Positions 11,601 to 23,473 of a stretch of DNA of 64,000 nt are shown here, one piece after another. The DNA is taken from positions 13,454,001 through 13,518,000 of the forward strand of contig NC_073404.1 in the NCBI RefSeq assembly GCF_028641065.1, read 5' to 3'. Position numbers and translations under genes: made by a program. Within the stretch, counting starts at the first letter, position 1; every line of letters begins with the position of its first letter. Origin of the DNA: Leucoraja erinacea (Eukaryota). The notes beneath the pieces are model-generated. The model had not been told where the DNA came from. It saw only the letters and a program-made list of their open reading frames with translations, and did no database searches.

Positions 11601-14600
11601 GGATGTGTGGAATAAATGAGAGGGAAAAGAAAATAACTGATTTATAGAATGATGCAACAGAAAATGCTTGATTTAGCAGAGCAGTCCCATTTACACTTGC
11701 TTCCCCCCCCCCCCCCCCCAGCTCTTTACATTCAATACACACCTAATTTGATTGTAAACATTGTATTTCAGTTTAGTTTCTCCCAGGGTATTAAAGTAAT
11801 GTGGCTAAGATTGGATTCCTGATCCAGAATCATGTGTTTTAAGTCCTAGCTTGACAGCTGGAGAAATTGAATTGGAACAAAAATTAAATTAGAATATAAC
11901 TGACCTGTCAGTGGTAAGGATTTTTGTTAGCTGATTAGTGCGTTTGCTTTACAAGTCAATGAATTGGTGTTAGATATAGCTCTTCGTGCTAATGGAATCA
12001 AGGGATATGGGGAGAAAGCAGGAACGGCTTACTGATTTTGGATAATCAACCATGATCATATGGTGGTGCTGGCTCGAAGGGCTGGATGGCCTACTCCTGC
12101 ACCTATTTTCTATGTTCCTATAACATTAGTTCAGGAGTTGACTCTGGATGTAGGTTTGCCCTCATAAAAATCATAAAAATGGTCTTTTCTCACGTGTTTG
12201 GAAGAATGAGAGGTTATCTTTCTAAGAAGGATTAACAAAGTGGATAATGAGAGGTTGTTTTATTGAGCTGAAGAGTCGTAGTCATACAGCATGGAAACGC
12301 CCAACTTGCCCACGCAGACCAACATGCCCATCTACACTGGTCCCACTTGCTTCATAAATTTGGCATCCATTCCTCTAAACCTATCCGATCCATGTACCTG
12401 TTTAAACGTCCATGTACCTGTCCAAATGAAAGAGCCGCAGCATTTAGGAGGATTTTTTAAAATTCAGAGCTTCATGTCCTTGGATTCCTCCACCACAAAT
12501 GGTCAATTGTTGAGAATATTCACGAATGAGATTAATGAACACTGATGCAATGGGGAATAACGTGAGATATGGGTTGAGGCACAAGATCGAATGTGATTGT
12601 ACTGAGTGGAGGATCAGTTTCTGGGCAGAGTGGCCTCCTGCATTGGAGGACACAATTTAAAATGCCTGACGTGATAAATGAATGCTGATGCACTGCTGAA
12701 GGGATGGGCCATGGGGTTTGTAGCTGAGGGTGACTGGCTGGTCCCAAGCTGCCTGACGTATCCCGGTGTTCTCTCCCTACAGGCCAGCAATGAGAGTGAC
12801 GATGAGGGAGAGGCCACAGAGGAGTGTGAAACCATGACTTTGCCCGAAAGTGTCCGTGATGATAATTACGACGAGAAGATTGACGAGTCTGAGGAGAGGG
12901 AGATGCTGGAAAAGTACAAACAGGAGCGGATGGATGAAATGTTCCCGGATGAAGTGGACACACCGAAAGATGTACCTGCTAGAGTCAGGTACCTTGCTGC
13001 TGGGTGCTACCAGTCTCGGCAATTTCTGACTGCTTTCCATTTGGTGCTTTGGAGCAAGCGTGAGGAATCCCTTGCAGAACACAATCTGGCCCTTGAACAG
13101 GATAGTGACCTTGGCTGCTGTCTGTGTGGAGCTTGAATGTTCTCGCTGTGACCATATGGGTTTCCTCTGGGTGCTCCCGTTTACTTCAAATTCTCAACTA
13201 AATGTAGGTTTGCAGGTTAATTGGCCTCTGTAAATTGCTCATTGTGTGCAGGGAATGGATGCGACAGTGGGTGAAGGTACAACTAGTGTGAACAAATTAT
13301 TGAGGGCCGGCGTGGACTTGGTGAGCCGACAGGTCTGTTTCAACATCGTACCTTTAGACTAATCTAAACTGAATTGAAGCCTGTACACCATTCAGCTGCT
13401 TATGCTGGCCCCACCATTCAGTAGATCATCGGACGTGTATTTCCTCAGGTTCACTTTCCTGCACTAACCTCCATACTCATTGGGTCCTCGCCCTCCAAAA
13501 ATCTATCTGTTTCTGTTCTGGCATGGGCCCTGCCTCTTTGTAGGCTATACCTGCCTTTTTGTAGGGTACGTCGAACAATCCTTGTTCGAGGCGTACCCTG
13601 GCCCTATCCCTGAACTCGCTACATTGACGACTGCATTGGTGTCACCTTCTACACCCATGCAGAACTCGTTGACTTCATCTATTTCACCATTAACTTCCAT
13701 CCGGCACTCAAATTCACCTGGACCATTTCCGACATCTCCCTACAGTTTTTAGACCTCGGTATCTCTATCGCAGGTAACAGACTACTGACCGACATCTACT
13801 ACAAACCCACTGACTCCCATGGCTGTCTGGACTACACTTCTTCCCACCCTGCTTCCTGTAAGGACTCCATCCTCTACTCACATTTCCTCCGTCTACGCCG
13901 CATCTTCTCCCAGGATGAGGTGTTCCACACCAGGGCATTGGAGATGTCCTGATTCTTTAGGGAACGGGGGTTCCCCTCTTCGACTATAGATGAGGCTCTC
14001 ACCAGGGTCTCCTCTAAATCCGTAGCTCTGCTCTCACTCCCCATCCCCCCCACTCATAACAAGGACAGAGTCCTCCTTGTCGTCACCTTCCACCCTACCA
14101 GCCATCACATACAACAGATAATCCTCCAACATTTTCGCCACCTCGAACGGGATCCCACCACTGCCCACATCTTCCCATCGCCTCCTCTTTCGGCTTCCCG
14201 CAGAGACCGCTCCCTCCGTAACTCCCTGGCCTATTCGTCCCTTCCCACCCAAACCACCCCCTCCCCTAGTACATTCCCTTGCAACCGCAGGAAATGCTGC
14301 ACTTGTCACTTTACCTCCCCCCTCGACTACATTCAAGGACCCAAGCAGTCTTTCCAAGTGAGGCAGAGGTTCACCTGCACCTCCTCCAATCTCATCTATT
14401 GCATCTGCTGTTCTAGCTGCCAACATCGATGAGACCAAGCGCAGGCTTGGCGATCACTTCGCCCAACACCTCCGCTCAGTTTGCAATAACCAACCTGATC
14501 TCCTGGTGGCTCAGCATTTCAGCTCCCCCTCCCATTCCGAATCTGACTATTCTGTCCTGGGCCTCCTCCATGGCCAGAATGAGTCCTACCGCAAATTGGA

Positions 14601-17600
14601 GGAGCAGCAGCTCATGTTTCGCTTGGGTAGTTTGCACCCCAGCGGTATGAACATTGACTTCTCCAATTTCAGGCAGTCCTTACTTCCTCCCTCCTTCCCC
14701 GTCCCTTCTCAGTTCTCCCACAGCCTACTGTCTCCGCCTCTTCTTCTTCCCTTCCGCCCACCCCCACCCCCACCTCCGTCTGAAGAAAGGTCTCGACCCG
14801 CAACGGCCCTTTTTCCTTCCCTTCCTTGAAGCTGCCTCACCCGCTGGGTTTCTCCAGCATTTTAGTCTACCTTCGATTTTTCCAGCATCTGCAGTTCTCT
14901 CTTAAACATGACTATCCATTTGTTAGGTGAGGGAATCAAAACTGGGCTCAGTAAGAGGCAGAGTTACAAAATAAGGGGCCAACCATTTAAAAAAGCAATG
15001 CAAATGGCGGAGGTAATGCAATAAGAGGAGGTGCTGGAACTGTGAAATATAGAACACAGTAATTGCCGGCAATCCAGTAAAAGAAAAAGCTGGAGATGCC
15101 CAGCAGACCAGGCAGCATCCGTGGAGAGAACTGAACGGAGTTTATGCTCAGATTCAATAATGTTGGCTCAAATTCGTGTAGACACAAGGAACTGCAAGTG
15201 TTTGCATCTTGTGAGGAAAACAATGTAACAGTGGGCTATGCAGCTTCTCTGGAGGACGTGGAAAGGTGACATTTCAGATCCTTGGACTCCATTTCTCCTT
15301 CTCCACAGATGCTGCTGTACCTGCTGCGTATTTCCAGCATTCTCTTTTATCCAGATTGCAGCCACAGTTTCAGCTTTGTCATTTCATGCTCCTCCATCCT
15401 CTAAAGAGCTACAATACACCACTAGAGTACTAGTGTACATTGACTAGGGGAAGATGATGCTGCCAGTGCAGTGTAGGGCTGGTGCCTCATCTCTGATGCA
15501 ATGCCAAGACCAGGTTTGGTCTTGATAGATGTAAAAGATCTGTGAGCAGCTTTCGAACGGGTAGGTGCGTTCCCCAGTTGCAAGGCAGAATGCAGGTGTC
15601 AGTATTTCCAGATTGCACACGATCCCTCCCCACTCCGATGCGGCGTTTGGCTACCATACATGCATCTTGATGAATTCCTGTAAACATCACAGGTTTCAGA
15701 AGTACAGAGGTCTGAAGAGTTTCCGGGCATCACCATGGGACCCCAAGGAGAATCTACCCCGAGATTATGCCAGAATCTTCCAGTTCCAGAACTTTACCCG
15801 AACGAGAAAACGAATCTTCAATGAGCTGAGTGAGGAGGAGGAAGGTGCAATGGTAACGTGACTGTGTGTACTGTGGTGTTAAAGGACACAGGTATCCTTC
15901 GCTGGTTCCTGCTTTAGAGCTTATGGGCCGGGGATAGTGAATGTCCTTCTGCTGCTGTGTTCCAAGATGGAGCCAATGTGGGTGGTGTGCTGGGATCCAT
16001 CTGTAACCTCCCCCTCTCCTTTCAGTTGCTAACCTGCTGGGAGCTGATGCATTTGTCACTTCATTGATCTCTCCTGTTGGAAGGCCAAGTTTGTTATTCT
16101 CCTGGCTGGTTCCTGTGGGAACTTGCCAGTGATTACACAGGAGTAGACATGCCTCAGCCTCAGACTCACTGCAGCCTATAGTTATACTTCAGGAGGTCAT
16201 GTCGGCATTAGGTACACCCACAATAGATGTAACAGCAGAAAGGGCAGGAGCTTTTGATTCTGCAGTTCACGGCTGATCTTTTTAATGCCCATCTAATCCC
16301 TTTCCCTGATCTGTGGTGTCTAAACATCTATGAATCACAGCCCTGGATATACTCAATGCTGTATAGATGAGCCTATGGTGGGTTCCATGATGAGCCTCGG
16401 ACCCCTCCCAAATCCATTCCATTTTGGAATCATTAATTCTCAGGGAGAATTTCAAAACTTTTCTGCATTTAGAACAAAAGCAGAATCTGTATTTTGGCAT
16501 GATGAACCACCCCCTTGGCATTCATTCTGTTGATCCCTTCTGCATGGCAGCAAACCTCAGTGCTCCATTCTTAGTCCCCGTCTCCCCACCAGACATGCCT
16601 CTCATTCCAGGAGTCAGAGCAGTGAATCAAGACTGAGCTGTCCCCAAGGCAGGTGTCTCTAGTGAGATGTCTCCATGGGTACAGAGACCCAAATGGCATG
16701 CACTGCTTGAGATGTGGTTTTACTGAAGCACTGTGCAATTGCAATAAGACCTTGCTAACCTTGTGCTTCAGTCTCCTTGTATTAAAAGCCGATGTTGTGG
16801 CAGCACCAAACGTGGTGAACAAACAGTTGCTTTATTCAGACATTACATGTACATGCACGTTTGGTCCTCTAACATATTGTCATTGCTGTTGCTGCTGAGC
16901 GAGGGTGTTGTCTTGAGCTCAGCTACCTGTCGACTCGTGATCTCAAGGTAAGATCTCCTTAAGTAGCAGGACACTCCCCTTAACATCTTCAAATCCAGTG
17001 TTAAAACACATTTGTACTCCCTGGCTTTTGACCGTGCCTGAGACTTTGCTTCTGTTTTTGGTGTTTTTGACGTTTCTTTATTTTACATGTCTTTTCCTAC
17101 TATTTCTTTTGATTGTTATTTTTGGTGTGTATTAACTTTTTTTTGTCAATGATTAGTGATGTACAGCACTTTGTTGCAACTATGTTTGTTTTTAAAGTGC
17201 TCTATAAATAAAATTATTATTATTATTATTATATTAACCCATAACGTCACGTGACTGTCCTGAAGAGGGTTCGACCGTAAGTGGTCTGACCATCAGGTGA
17301 CGCCTCAATGTTATGATTTACTTTTAAATTGCTTGTAACTTAGTGACTGGTGAAAATATTGTTCATGTCCTACATGCCATCCTGGTCTTCAGCCTCAGAG
17401 CTATTTATTTACTTCCTTCATAGCCTGGGTGGTACGTCACGGTCCACATCTGCAACGTGCCGCTGTCAGTGATGGAGAGCTACAAGCCCCAGGCACCCCT
17501 GGTGCTCTTCACCTTGTTGCCACACGAACAGAAGGTACGGAGGGCGTGGAAGGGGGTAGAGCCCGGTTATGGAGGGCAGAGACCATAGGTGCCGGGGCTG

Positions 17601-20600
17601 GTGAATGGGGGATGAGTTGGACAAGGACAGCAGGGCAGGACTTTGCATTATTGGGTTATCTGACTGCAGTTGTAATGAGATTGTTGATATTTGTTCTATA
17701 CTCAGTGATGAGATTATTTTGATCTTCAGTACCTTAAATTAGTTTTTCATTTCATAGTTCTGGACTATGACAAATATGGGGACTGTGTATAGTGACACTG
17801 CGGTGTTATATAGTGACAGACCTGTCCCCACCAGTACTGTACCCCAATGTTATACAGTGACAGACCTGTCCCCACCGGTACCATACCCCAGTGATATACA
17901 ATCATAAGGTCATAAGTGATAGGAGCAGAATTAGGCCATTCGACTCTGCCATTCAATCATGGCTGATCTATCTCTCGCTCCTAACCCAATTCTCCTGCCT
18001 TCTCCCCATAACTTGACATCTGTACTAATCAAGAATCTATCTATCGCTGCTTTAAAAATATCCATTGACTTGGCCTCCACAGCCTTCTGTGGCAAATAAT
18101 TCCACAGATTCGCCACCCTTTGACTAAAGAAATTCTTTTCATCTCCTTCCTAAAGGAATGTCCTTTAATTCTGAGGCTATGATCTCTAGTCTTAGACTTT
18201 CCCACTAGTGGAAACATCCGCTCCACATCCACTCTATCCAAGCCTTTCACTATACAGTGGCAGACCTGTCCCTACCAAGTCTCTATCCCAGTGTTATACA
18301 GCAACAGATCTGCCTCCACTAGTACTATACCCCAGTGTTTATCAGTGACAAAAACATCCCCGCCAGTACTGTACCTTATTGTGATGCAGTATCAGACCCA
18401 TCCCACCATTACTGTGACAAACCTGAACCCACCAGTGCTGTAGATTCCCAATATTAGAGTGCTGGAGAGATGCATCATGGAATAAGGTTCTTCGGCCTAC
18501 CAAGTTTAAATGATCTCAAGTGTGTGAGGGAGACCCGGGTAACAATTGGTGGGTTGAGGGTGGTGAATTTAATTGTTGATCAAATCAAATCTGGGCTTGT
18601 ATACTCCGAAGTTTAGGATGAGAAAGGATCTTATTGAAACATATACGATTATTAAGGGTTTGGACACGCTAGAGGTAGAAAACATGTTCCCTATTTTGGG
18701 GGAGTCCAGAGCCAGGGGCCACAGTTTAAGAATAAGGTGTAAGCCATTTAGAACGTAGACGAGAAAACACGTTTTTCTCAGAGAGTTGTGAGTCTGTAGA
18801 ATTCTCTGTCTCAGAGGGTGGTGGAGGCCAGTTCTCTAGATACTTTCAAGAGAGAGCTAGATAGGGCTCTTAAAGATAACGGAGTCAGGGATATGGGGAG
18901 AAGGCAGGAACGGGGTACTGATTGGGGATAATCAGCCATGATCACATTTAATGGCGGTGCTGGCACGAAGGGCAGAATGACCTATCCTGCACCTATTGTC
19001 TATTTTCTATTGTCTAAATCTAAACCAGGCACCCAGGCGGTCCTACGTGATCACAAGGAGAACATGCAATCTCCCCACACGAGTGCCGGAGGTCAGGATT
19101 GAACCAGGGTCTCTGTGCTGTGAGGTAGTGGCTCTGCCCACTGTGCCTCTGCTGACCTGTGGCAATATGTGTACTCCAGTACAGCACAGAGAGTGACTTG
19201 AGGGAGGGGGGTTCCCGGAGGGATGGGGAGAACACGGGTAGAACTGAGGGTTTGAGGGCAATGTTACGATGAGGACTGTCAGAGTTGCCCTCTCTTTTCC
19301 AGCTATCGGTTGCCCATTTCTTGCTCAGGAGACATGCGAGCAACAGCGGACCGGTCAAGTCGAAAGAGGAGATGGTTTTCCACTGTGGCTGCAGGCGGTT
19401 CCGCGCCCCACCTCTGTACTCACAGCACACAGCCGGTCAGTCCTGTCCTTGGACATCCCGTGTAGGGTGGGACTGGGATTGCCAGGGTTGGTTTCTCGGG
19501 CTAGTAGATCCCTGCCCAATGTGAAATTGCCCCATTGACCCACCACAGACTGCCCGCTGAAGGGTCTGCACTGTGCTGTCAGGGAGGGAGTTCCTGGACT
19601 TGCAGCCAGCAATGGTGAACTGTGACATCGAGCCAGAGGGGAAGCCACAGGAGATGGTGCCCTCTGTGCCTAATATCCATGTCCTCCCTGGTACTGGCTG
19701 CAGGGTTGAGGATGCAGTTGGAGTAACTGTGTAAATAACGACGCTGAGAGTTGGTACTGAGGGCACGCCACCCTGGATGAGGCCCCTCTGTAGAGGGTCC
19801 CGCGGAGCAGGGTTACTCGTCAGTCTTGGGCAGCTTTCCTTTCACTTGGTCAGCGCTGGGTCAGATGATCCCGAGGGCACGGGTGGTGGTTGTAGACTGA
19901 GGGTTCTTGGTGTTGCGAGGCGTGTTTCTTCATTCACCATCTGCTTGATCCCCCCCACAGCCAACAAGTTCAAGTACGAGCGGTTTCTGCGCTCCAACGC
20001 CACTGTGGTGGCTACGGTCTACTGCCCCATTACCTTTCCCCCAGCATCTGTGCTGATGTTTAAACAAAGAGCCAACGGTGGGTACTGCTGATTCTTGTCA
20101 ATATTGTTGGGGTGCGGGGCTGTTCTCCAGTGTGGTGGAGGAGGAGAGCCTGTATGGGCGTATTTGGTAGAGCATGGGAAATTTGTGCATGCAAGGGAGG
20201 TGTGTATGTAGTGGAAGGGGGAAGGACGAGCACTCAGTGGAGCAGAGGGTGCGGGTATCTGTGCAGTGGAAGGATGTGCATGTGTATTTGTGCAATGGAA
20301 GGGGGATGGAGTGTGTGAGTGCTCACAGAAGAGAACATGTGTCTGTGCCGATGTAACATCAAGTGTTGCTGTGCCTTACTCTCTCACTGGGCTTGCAGTC
20401 GGTACAGATGGTCTGCCGGTGTGAAAGTTTCCTGTCAGTGAAATTCGGATAGATCTGGGCCTGTTACGCTGCAGGCAGTGACCGGACGGCCCAGAATGGC
20501 TGCAGCTTCCCTCCAGCGGAGCTGGGTTTGTTGGCAGGGCGAGTGCTCAGCTGGTTGTGTGCCCATGGCTGCCTGGTGTTGCTCGGGGGCCTGCTGACAG

Positions 20601-23432
20601 GTGAGGCCTCCTTGCCCAGGGGCTGAGGACATCGTCTGTGGTGCCGCACGCATTGGTATTGCCTGCTTGCACTTGCTATCGAACATGATGTGGTGGGGTT
20701 GGGGTAAGCAGCAAGCCAGCAGTGCCCTGCTCTGGGGATTTACTGGTGTCCTGCCCCGTCACTCACTGCCTGTCCCTCTGCTCTTCACCAGGTATGCAGG
20801 ACCTGATAGCCACGGGCTCTGTGCTGAAGGTCGACCCTGACCGAGTGATCGTGAAACGGATCACCTTGAGCGGCCACCCGTTCAAGATCATGACCAAAAC
20901 CTCGGTGGTTCGATACATGTTCTTTAACCGTGGTAAGGGCTGGGCAAGGGGGGGTTGAATATGGAGGTGGCGGGGAGAGGAAAGATGGATAATGAGAGGG
21001 TGGGGGTGTAGTCATCAACGTGATCTTATTCATTAAAATGTGAAGAAACAACTGATGTGTTGGTCACCATGTCCAACGAGCACGATCCCTGCCCTGAGAG
21101 CGAGCACCACTATGTCTGACCCCGGGAGTGTGTGATGGGACAGTGTAGAGGCAGCTTCACTCTGGGTCTCGCCCACTATCTCCTTCCAAACAATTTTATT
21201 GAATGTAATTCGTAAAAAAGTCCAGACCAAGCTCTTTTGTCTTTTTATTTCCTCCACCTCTTTGTCCTGGTTGGTCTGAAAATAACTGAGCTACCTGCTG
21301 TCATTATGTGAAGCTGGTCTTACAAATTGTTCTTATTGAGTCATAGTGAGGTGTTCCATGAATCCCATTGAGCATCAGGGCTCAGAGGTAATAGTGATCT
21401 TACTCCTGTTTACGAAAGAATTGCAGATGCGGGAGAAATCGAAGGTAGACAAAAATGCTGGAGAAACTCAAGGGAGTGAGGCAGCATCTATGGAGCGAAG
21501 GAATAGGTGACGTTTCGGGTCTCGACCCGAAACGTCACCTATTCCTTCGCTCCATAGATGCTGCCTCACCCCCTTGAGTTCTCCAGCATTTTTGTCTGCC
21601 TGTGAACTTGCTGCTGCTCTCCTCAGTTACCGCCTTGGTGCTGAGGAACTGCTCCAAGGTGGAAGAGCCCGTGATTCCACCTGGCATCTGTTGCCTTTGC
21701 CCTGGGAGGTGTGTGACGTGGAAGTGTAGAGGAAGCTTTACTTTGTACCCATACTGTTGATGCCCCTGCCCTGGTAATGTTTGATGGAGGTACTGATTGC
21801 GGGGGTTAAGGGCATAAAGTTACTGTGCCGAGCGTGTCTTGCCGATACCAAGTTTGTTTCTCTTTAAGATGACGTGCTGTGGTTCAAGCCAGTGGAGCTT
21901 CGCACGAAGTGGGGTCGCAGAGGTCACATCAAGGAGCCTTTAGGTAAGCAGTTGCCCAATCACACAAGTTTTACATGGGTCGACATTGCTGTGGGATGAT
22001 GCTCTCTGCAGGCTAATTATTGTCAGCTGAGGAGAGAGGTACTGCCTGTAACAGCAAGTCCACGATTGACTGAGTGTGGCATCAAGGAGCCCAGGTCAAT
22101 GGTCAATGGGCAGCAGTGGGGGGGAAACACCTCCAGTGGCTGGAGACCGAGCTCACACCGGGATGTAGACACAAGGAACTAGAGATGTTGGAGTATATTT
22201 TAAAAAAAAAGAGTGTTAGAGTAACCCAGCAGATCAAGCAGCATCCTTGGAGCACGTGGATACATGTCGAACTACAGAAGGGTCCCGACCCAAAAGGGCA
22301 CCTATCCACGACCTCCGGTGTTGCTGCCTGGCCCGCTGAGTTACTCCAGCACTTGGTGTCTTTTTTTCGTACACAGGGGGAGATGGTAGTTGGAGGTTAC
22401 TCATCCCAGCCCCAGGACATCAATGTTGGAGTAGGTCAGGGCAAGATCTCAGTCCCAGCCACCTTCTGCTGCTCCATCAGTGACCTTCCATCCATCAGTA
22501 TTGGGATGGTCATTAGCACAATCTTCAATTCATTCACAGCTGCTCAGCAAGTGCAGCAATGCCTGCAAGTCCCAGATAACGTCCAGGTACCGGCTGATAC
22601 GTGTCATGTAACGTTCATGCCACAAAGCTGCCAGGCGGTGATCATCTCGAACCACCTATCCTCAATGGAGTCTAACCACCTATCCTCAATGGTGTTGCTC
22701 TCCACCACCCTCAACACTCCCCCCCACCCTCAACACCCCCTTCCTCAGCCACCCTCAACACTCTCTCCCTCCAGCCCACACACCTCTGCCTGGTAAACTT
22801 CATCTGCACCCTCTCCAAATCCTCCATATTCTTCCTGTAATGCGGTGCCCAGAGCCGCATGTTATGAGGAGAAATGTCCTCGTGCAAAGGGTGGTGAGTG
22901 TATAACGGAATGTAAAGTAAATCATCGTTAAATATATTTAAGAAAGAGAAAGAAGCACTGATGCTGACGGGGTTAAAGAAACAGGGAGGAGGTGGGGACA
23001 GGGTACTGAAGTGGATGATCAGGTGCTGAATGGAGGAGCGTTGTGAAGGCTTGAATAGTCAACTGCTGCTGTCTGAAGATGGGTACTGACCCAAGCCGCC
23101 AACTATCCAGAGATGCTGCCTGACCTGCCGAATTACTCCAGCACTTTGTGTTTTATTTTGTAAACCAGCATCTGCAGTTCCTTGTTTCTGGAACAGCTGC
23201 TGTTTGCTGCTGCGCGTATGTCTCTGATCTGGTACGCACTGTGTTGTCTGCAGGGACACATGGACACATGAAGTGTTTGTTCGACGGGCAGCTGAAATCC
23301 CAGGACACCGTGCTGATGAACTTGTACAAGAGGGTTTTCCCACGGTGGGCGTATGATCCGCATGTTCCCGAGCCAGTGCCGTGGGAGAAGTGTGAGGACA
23401 GCATTGATATGCAGGAGGTGGCGATGGACTAG
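2405..23432 (+). CDS. TSR1: TSR1 ribosome maturation factor (Bms1/Tsr1 family pseudo-GTPase), complete 15-exon gene, 808 aa
   Basis: Exons join in frame with GT-AG ends: 2405-2522, 3149-3252, 5021-5237, 5675-5809, 6516-6928, 8500-8647, 9823-9992, 12783-12988, 15693-15852, 17424-17534, 19303-19435, 19961-20077, 20792-20932, 21869-21943, 23254-23432 (2427 nt). Family motifs: [80 protein letters not shown]. Confidence 0.97.
3149..3252 (+). CDS. TSR1: TSR1 exon 2
   Basis: cacag|GG; [35 protein letters not shown]; donor gtgagt. Confidence 0.92.
5021..5237 (+). CDS. TSR1: TSR1 exon 3
   Basis: ctgcag|[24 protein letters not shown]...[13 protein letters not shown]|gtgagc. Confidence 0.93.
5675..5809 (+). 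CDS. TSR1: TSR1 exon 4
   Basis: ttttag|[45 protein letters not shown]|gtatgt. Confidence 0.95.
6516..6928 (+). CDS. TSR1: TSR1 exon 5
   Basis: ttgcag|VFVVQG...[32 protein letters not shown]...PGAE|gtgaga. Confidence 0.95.
8500..8647 (+). CDS. TSR1: TSR1 exon 6
   Basis: tatag|[49 protein letters not shown]|gtgcgt (absent from the ORF track). Confidence 0.93.
9823..9992 (+). CDS. TSR1: TSR1 exon 7
   Basis: tttag|[28 protein letters not shown], acidic tract, ...AMSQ|gtgagt. Confidence 0.94.
10124..10422 (+). mobile_element. tRNA-derived SINE (HE1/V-SINE-like)
   Basis: GGCGGCACGG head, degenerate A/B boxes, GAGTTT..GTTCTC core, (CTAAA)n tail. Confidence 0.8.
10857..11062 (+). pseudogene. orphan PDIA4/ERp72-like thioredoxin-domain exon inside TSR1 intron 7
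   Basis: Open frame 10858-11061: [68 protein letters not shown]; resembles the first PDIA4 a-domain ([23 protein letters not shown]...YPT.K), from memory; bounded by ccag| and G|gtaaga. Confidence 0.85.
11969..12122 (+). mobile_element. young CR1 LINE 3' tail
   Basis: Near-identical to CR1 tails at 7930-8090, 18860-19015 and 36880-37035; ends TTTCTATGTTCCTAT. Confidence 0.8.
12783..12988 (+). CDS. TSR1: TSR1 exon 8
   Basis: ctacag|ASNESDD...[25 protein letters not shown]|gtacct. Confidence 0.94.
13520..14905 (+). mobile_element. Penelope-like retroelement, 5'-truncated (RT C-terminal half, GIY-YIG endonuclease, terminal repeat)
   Basis: Degenerate [62 protein letters not shown], then the ctgaaga...cagcatctgcag terminal repeat. 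Confidence 0.88.
15693..15852 (+). CDS. TSR1: TSR1 exon 9
   Basis: cacag|[35 protein letters not shown]...EGAM|gtaacg. Confidence 0.95.
16975..17231 (+). mobile_element. L2-type LINE 3' tail
   Basis: tgtacagcactttg...aaagtgctctataaataaa(att)n ending. Confidence 0.65.
17424..17534 (+). CDS. TSR1: TSR1 exon 10
   Basis: catag|[37 protein letters not shown]|gtacgg. Confidence 0.94.
17800..18445. repeat. approx. 42-bp degenerate minisatellite (gtgttatacagtgacagacctgtccccaccagtactgtacccca) split by a CR1 insertion
   Basis: Repeat units at 17800-17900 and 18251-18445. Confidence 0.8.
17901..18250 (-). mobile_element. CR1 3' fragment with TATACA target-site duplication
   Basis: Reverse-strand [16 protein letters not shown]...[13 protein letters not shown]; TATACA at 17895-17900 and 18251-18256. 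Confidence 0.85.
18590..19015 (+). mobile_element. CR1 3' fragment
   Basis: [25 protein letters not shown]...RGHSLRI, 3' UTR, (ctattgt)n tail. Confidence 0.85.
19303..19435 (+). CDS. TSR1: TSR1 exon 11
   Basis: ttccag|[44 protein letters not shown]|gtcagt. Confidence 0.94.
19961..20077 (+). CDS. TSR1: TSR1 exon 12
   Basis: ccacag|[39 protein letters not shown]|gtgggt. Confidence 0.94.
20792..20932 (+). CDS. TSR1: TSR1 exon 13
   Basis: caccag|[47 protein letters not shown]|gtaagg. Confidence 0.95.
21443..21601. repeat. fold-back inverted dimer of the Penelope terminal repeat (46-bp perfect stem)
   Basis: 21476-21521 is the exact reverse complement of 21524-21569, with a TC loop. Confidence 0.92.
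21869..21943 (+). CDS. TSR1: TSR1 exon 14
   Basis: tttaag|[25 protein letters not shown]|gtaagc. Confidence 0.95.
   Translation: MTCCGSSQWSFARSGVAEVTSRSL
23254..23432 (+). CDS. TSR1: TSR1 exon 15 (last coding exon)
   Basis: ctgcag|[36 protein letters not shown]...MD, TAG at 23430-23432. Confidence 0.95.
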
Positions 23433-23467
23433 AGTGAGCACCAGCAGTTTGGAGTCTGTGCCTTTAT

Positions 23468-23473
23468 ATTAAA
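23468..23473 (+). terminator. candidate TSR1 polyadenylation signal ATTAAA
   Basis: First hexamer after the stop codon, 35 nt downstream. Confidence 0.5.

Noticed and set aside
16386-16560. Two ATGATGA C-box-like words in TSR1 intron 9
   Set aside because: No properly placed CTGA D box with a terminal stem, and no recognisable rRNA guide.
17800-18445. Regular repeats superficially like a CRISPR array
   Set aside because: Vertebrate DNA, no unique spacers, no cas genes; it is a minisatellite.
22074-22796. 240-aa ORF in TSR1 intron 14
   Set aside because: Chance read-through across a Penelope terminal repeat and decayed LINE fragments.
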